From: Basidiobolus meristosporus CBS 931.73
Taxonomy: Eukaryota; Fungi; Basidiobolomycota
Reading direction: 5' to 3'
NCBI GenBank assembly: GCA_002104905.1
Contig: MCFE01000823.1
Location: forward strand, 1 to 33,173
DNA: 33,173 bases
The notes below the pieces were generated by a model that saw only the letters and a list, made by a program, of their open reading frames with translations, was not told where the DNA came from and made no database searches. Made by a program: the position numbers and the translations under genes. Every line of letters starts with the position of its first letter. The stretch's first letter is position 1. This document shows positions 31,000 to 33,173 of the stretch, piece by piece.

Positions 31000-33173
31000 A
31001 TGGCAGGTCATCATTGAATCTTACATTCATGTAGGTGCAATGTCTCAAATACAAGACTGTCTTAAGTTCACATGAGTATTGACCAAAAAGTGATATAATA
31101 GCGTTACATTGTTGACGGTCAAACTGTTTGCCCCATGGACAAGACTACTTTGACTCAACGCCATAAGTGAAGAGAAAAAAGACCATGTGGCTATTGTGGC
31201 AAGCCTCTCAGCCATGAAGCACTCAGACAGCATAGGAAGTATTACAAGGATCACGGCCAGTATTTTGCCACCCAAGTCATATTTGACCATTCATTGGTCA
31301 CTACTGTACCAACATTATCTTGCCAGCCAGTTGATACTTCTATATTGGCACCTGGCTGTCTTTGTCACCTTGGGCAAACTGAGTCAGGTGAGTTTGTGAC
31401 ACCTTTAGGCTCACCTCAGCCTTCTGAATATGGCACACAGAGTGATAGCTCTGACAAGGAAGGTTCACTGATGGATTTTGAGCCTATCTCCCCTAACAAC
31501 TGCACCATGTAGGAGCCCGGTCAAATCCCTATATGCATTGAGACAACACCCGTTGAAACAAATGCCAAGGATACTTTATGGAGCCAAGTGAGCCCAGTAA
31601 TCCATCTACTGGTGAATGATGTAATGTTGTGGCTAGAGAAGTGGCGCATTTCCACTAATATCAGTAATGGGGGCTTTAAGGATTCATTACTACTTCTTGC
31701 CAAAATCATACTGGGATGCAACTTACCATGTACATGGTAAAAGTAGACAACCATCATGCAGCTGGCAACATATGATCCAGAGACTGTCCTGATTCCAGCA
31801 TGTGTTAACAGTTGCATGGCATTCACATCCAAAAATGCTACCATTGCAATGTGCCTCAATTGTCAGGGATCCACCACCATTGAGAGAAAGCATTGTTCAC
31901 ACTCCAGATATATTCCCATCATACCCTGTCTGAGGAAGCTGATGTAGTCCAACAAATATTGCAAAGCTATACAGTACTGCACTCAGTATCAATCAAGTGC
32001 AAACATATCTGATATATTTGATGGCAAACATTACAAACAGCTAAGAAGCAAGGGCTACTTTGAAGGTATGTATGACCATGCCTTTGCTTTAGCACTTGAT
32101 GGATTCTCATTAAACAAGTACTCTACCAGCAAATCCTGCTGGCCACTGATTCTCATCAATCTGAATCTGCCACCCATCTTATGGTATCAGAGCAGTAATC
32201 TGATGGTAGTCTCACTGGTATCTGGGCCTAAATCACTGTCCAACCTGGCTAGCTACTTGTATCCATTGCTGAATGAATTTTGTTTGCTTTCCAGTGGGAT
32301 AACGGTAAATGGCCATCATGTAAAAGCGCATATTATTATCTGCATTGGAGATACCCCAGCAATCAGCAAGATAGCAGGTTTTTCTGGGCACAATGGATGG
32401 TATTGCTGTCAAATGTGTGAGATCCAGGGTAATTTCTCCATAACTCACACACATTATTATTACCCAAACACCAGCACTAAGAACATCATCTTTCCACAGA
32501 GAGAACATACAGAAGTAAGCATGCAATTGCAGCAAAGTTGGCAAGCTATAAGCCATTGGCCAGAATATGGAATCAATTGGAAACCAGAGATACTTAAAAT
32601 AGAGGGTATCTGTTGGAGCAAAAGCTTTCCACTGGGAGCAATGCATTTGCTTTTCAACAATATCCCTATACTGATGACCAAGTTGTACATGGGGCATTTC
32701 AAGCTAAATGAGCCCTTTGAGATACTGGAGAAATTTGAGAGAATTGGTAAGATATTACAGAGTATCTGCTACCCTAAGTACTTCTCATAGGCTCCAACTA
32801 ATAATTATAAGCATATGCGACAATACAAATGTAAAGACTGGATGAACTGGATGTGTATTTATTCAAGTGGTATTCTGAAGCCATTCCTACCAAGAGTACA
32901 TTGGAAGCATTGGGAGTCATATGTGGACATTGTAGGAATATTTACCCAGAAGCAGATCACCAATGTCAACTTGACACATCTACAGCTGTTGCGTGAGGAG
33001 TTTGTGACAGGATTTGAGTGGCTATACTACAAACATACAGCTGAATGTGTAGATCTCTGCCACTACTGTATCTATTCTCTACTCCATCTTGCACATTGTG
33101 TGGAGAATATTGGGCCTTGCTTCACCTTTTGGAGTTTCCTATGAGCAGATGTGTGGGGAGTTAGGAAGACAAG
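31000..33173 (+). pseudogene. CACTA/En-Spm (Tnp2/Transposase_21-type) transposase pseudogene
   Basis: One frame from 31000 contains RPCGYC..LS...RQHRKYY, CVNSCMAF..CLNC..YIPIIP, DIFDGKHY, ALDGF..WPLILINLNLPP..GPK, GDTPA, CQMC, AMH, YK..DW..W..YS and WSF. It has 11 stops; the one at 33142 follows an apparent small deletion. Confidence 0.9.

Larger units (their letters stand above)
21381..33173 (+). mobile_element. CACTA/En-Spm-like DNA transposon, copy B, interrupted by the gypsy element and running off the window end
   Basis: Left end CCCTATG at 21381; accessory ORF on the minus strand; Tnp2-type transposase on the plus strand. Confidence 0.8.

Overview
Eukaryotic, most likely fungal, DNA. 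Evidence: 58-60 nt GT-AG introns, TTAGGG repeats and fungal-type transposons; an early-diverging lineage is only an inference. The window has two compartments. A CpG-rich gene island (~9.4-17.8 kb) carries four genes: a BAHD-type acyltransferase, a secreted 3D-domain protein, a small secreted Cys-rich protein and an AIF/FSP1-like flavoprotein. CpG-poor nested transposons flank it on both sides. The left flank holds degenerate repeats, a 155-bp tandem array, twin hairpins, an intact young Ty1/copia inserted into a LINE-like reading frame, a tRNA-Lys gene and LTR debris. The right flank holds two copies of a CCC-ended CACTA/En-Spm-like element with a divergent two-gene layout. Copy B sits inside the transposase of copy A, and a full Ty3/gypsy element sits inside copy B, between codons 1 and 2 of its accessory gene. 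The gypsy LTRs differ at only 2 of 1071 positions, yet its gag-pol carries seven stops (six TGA at probable Arg CGA positions) and a frameshift. All comparisons were done by eye; no searches were run.
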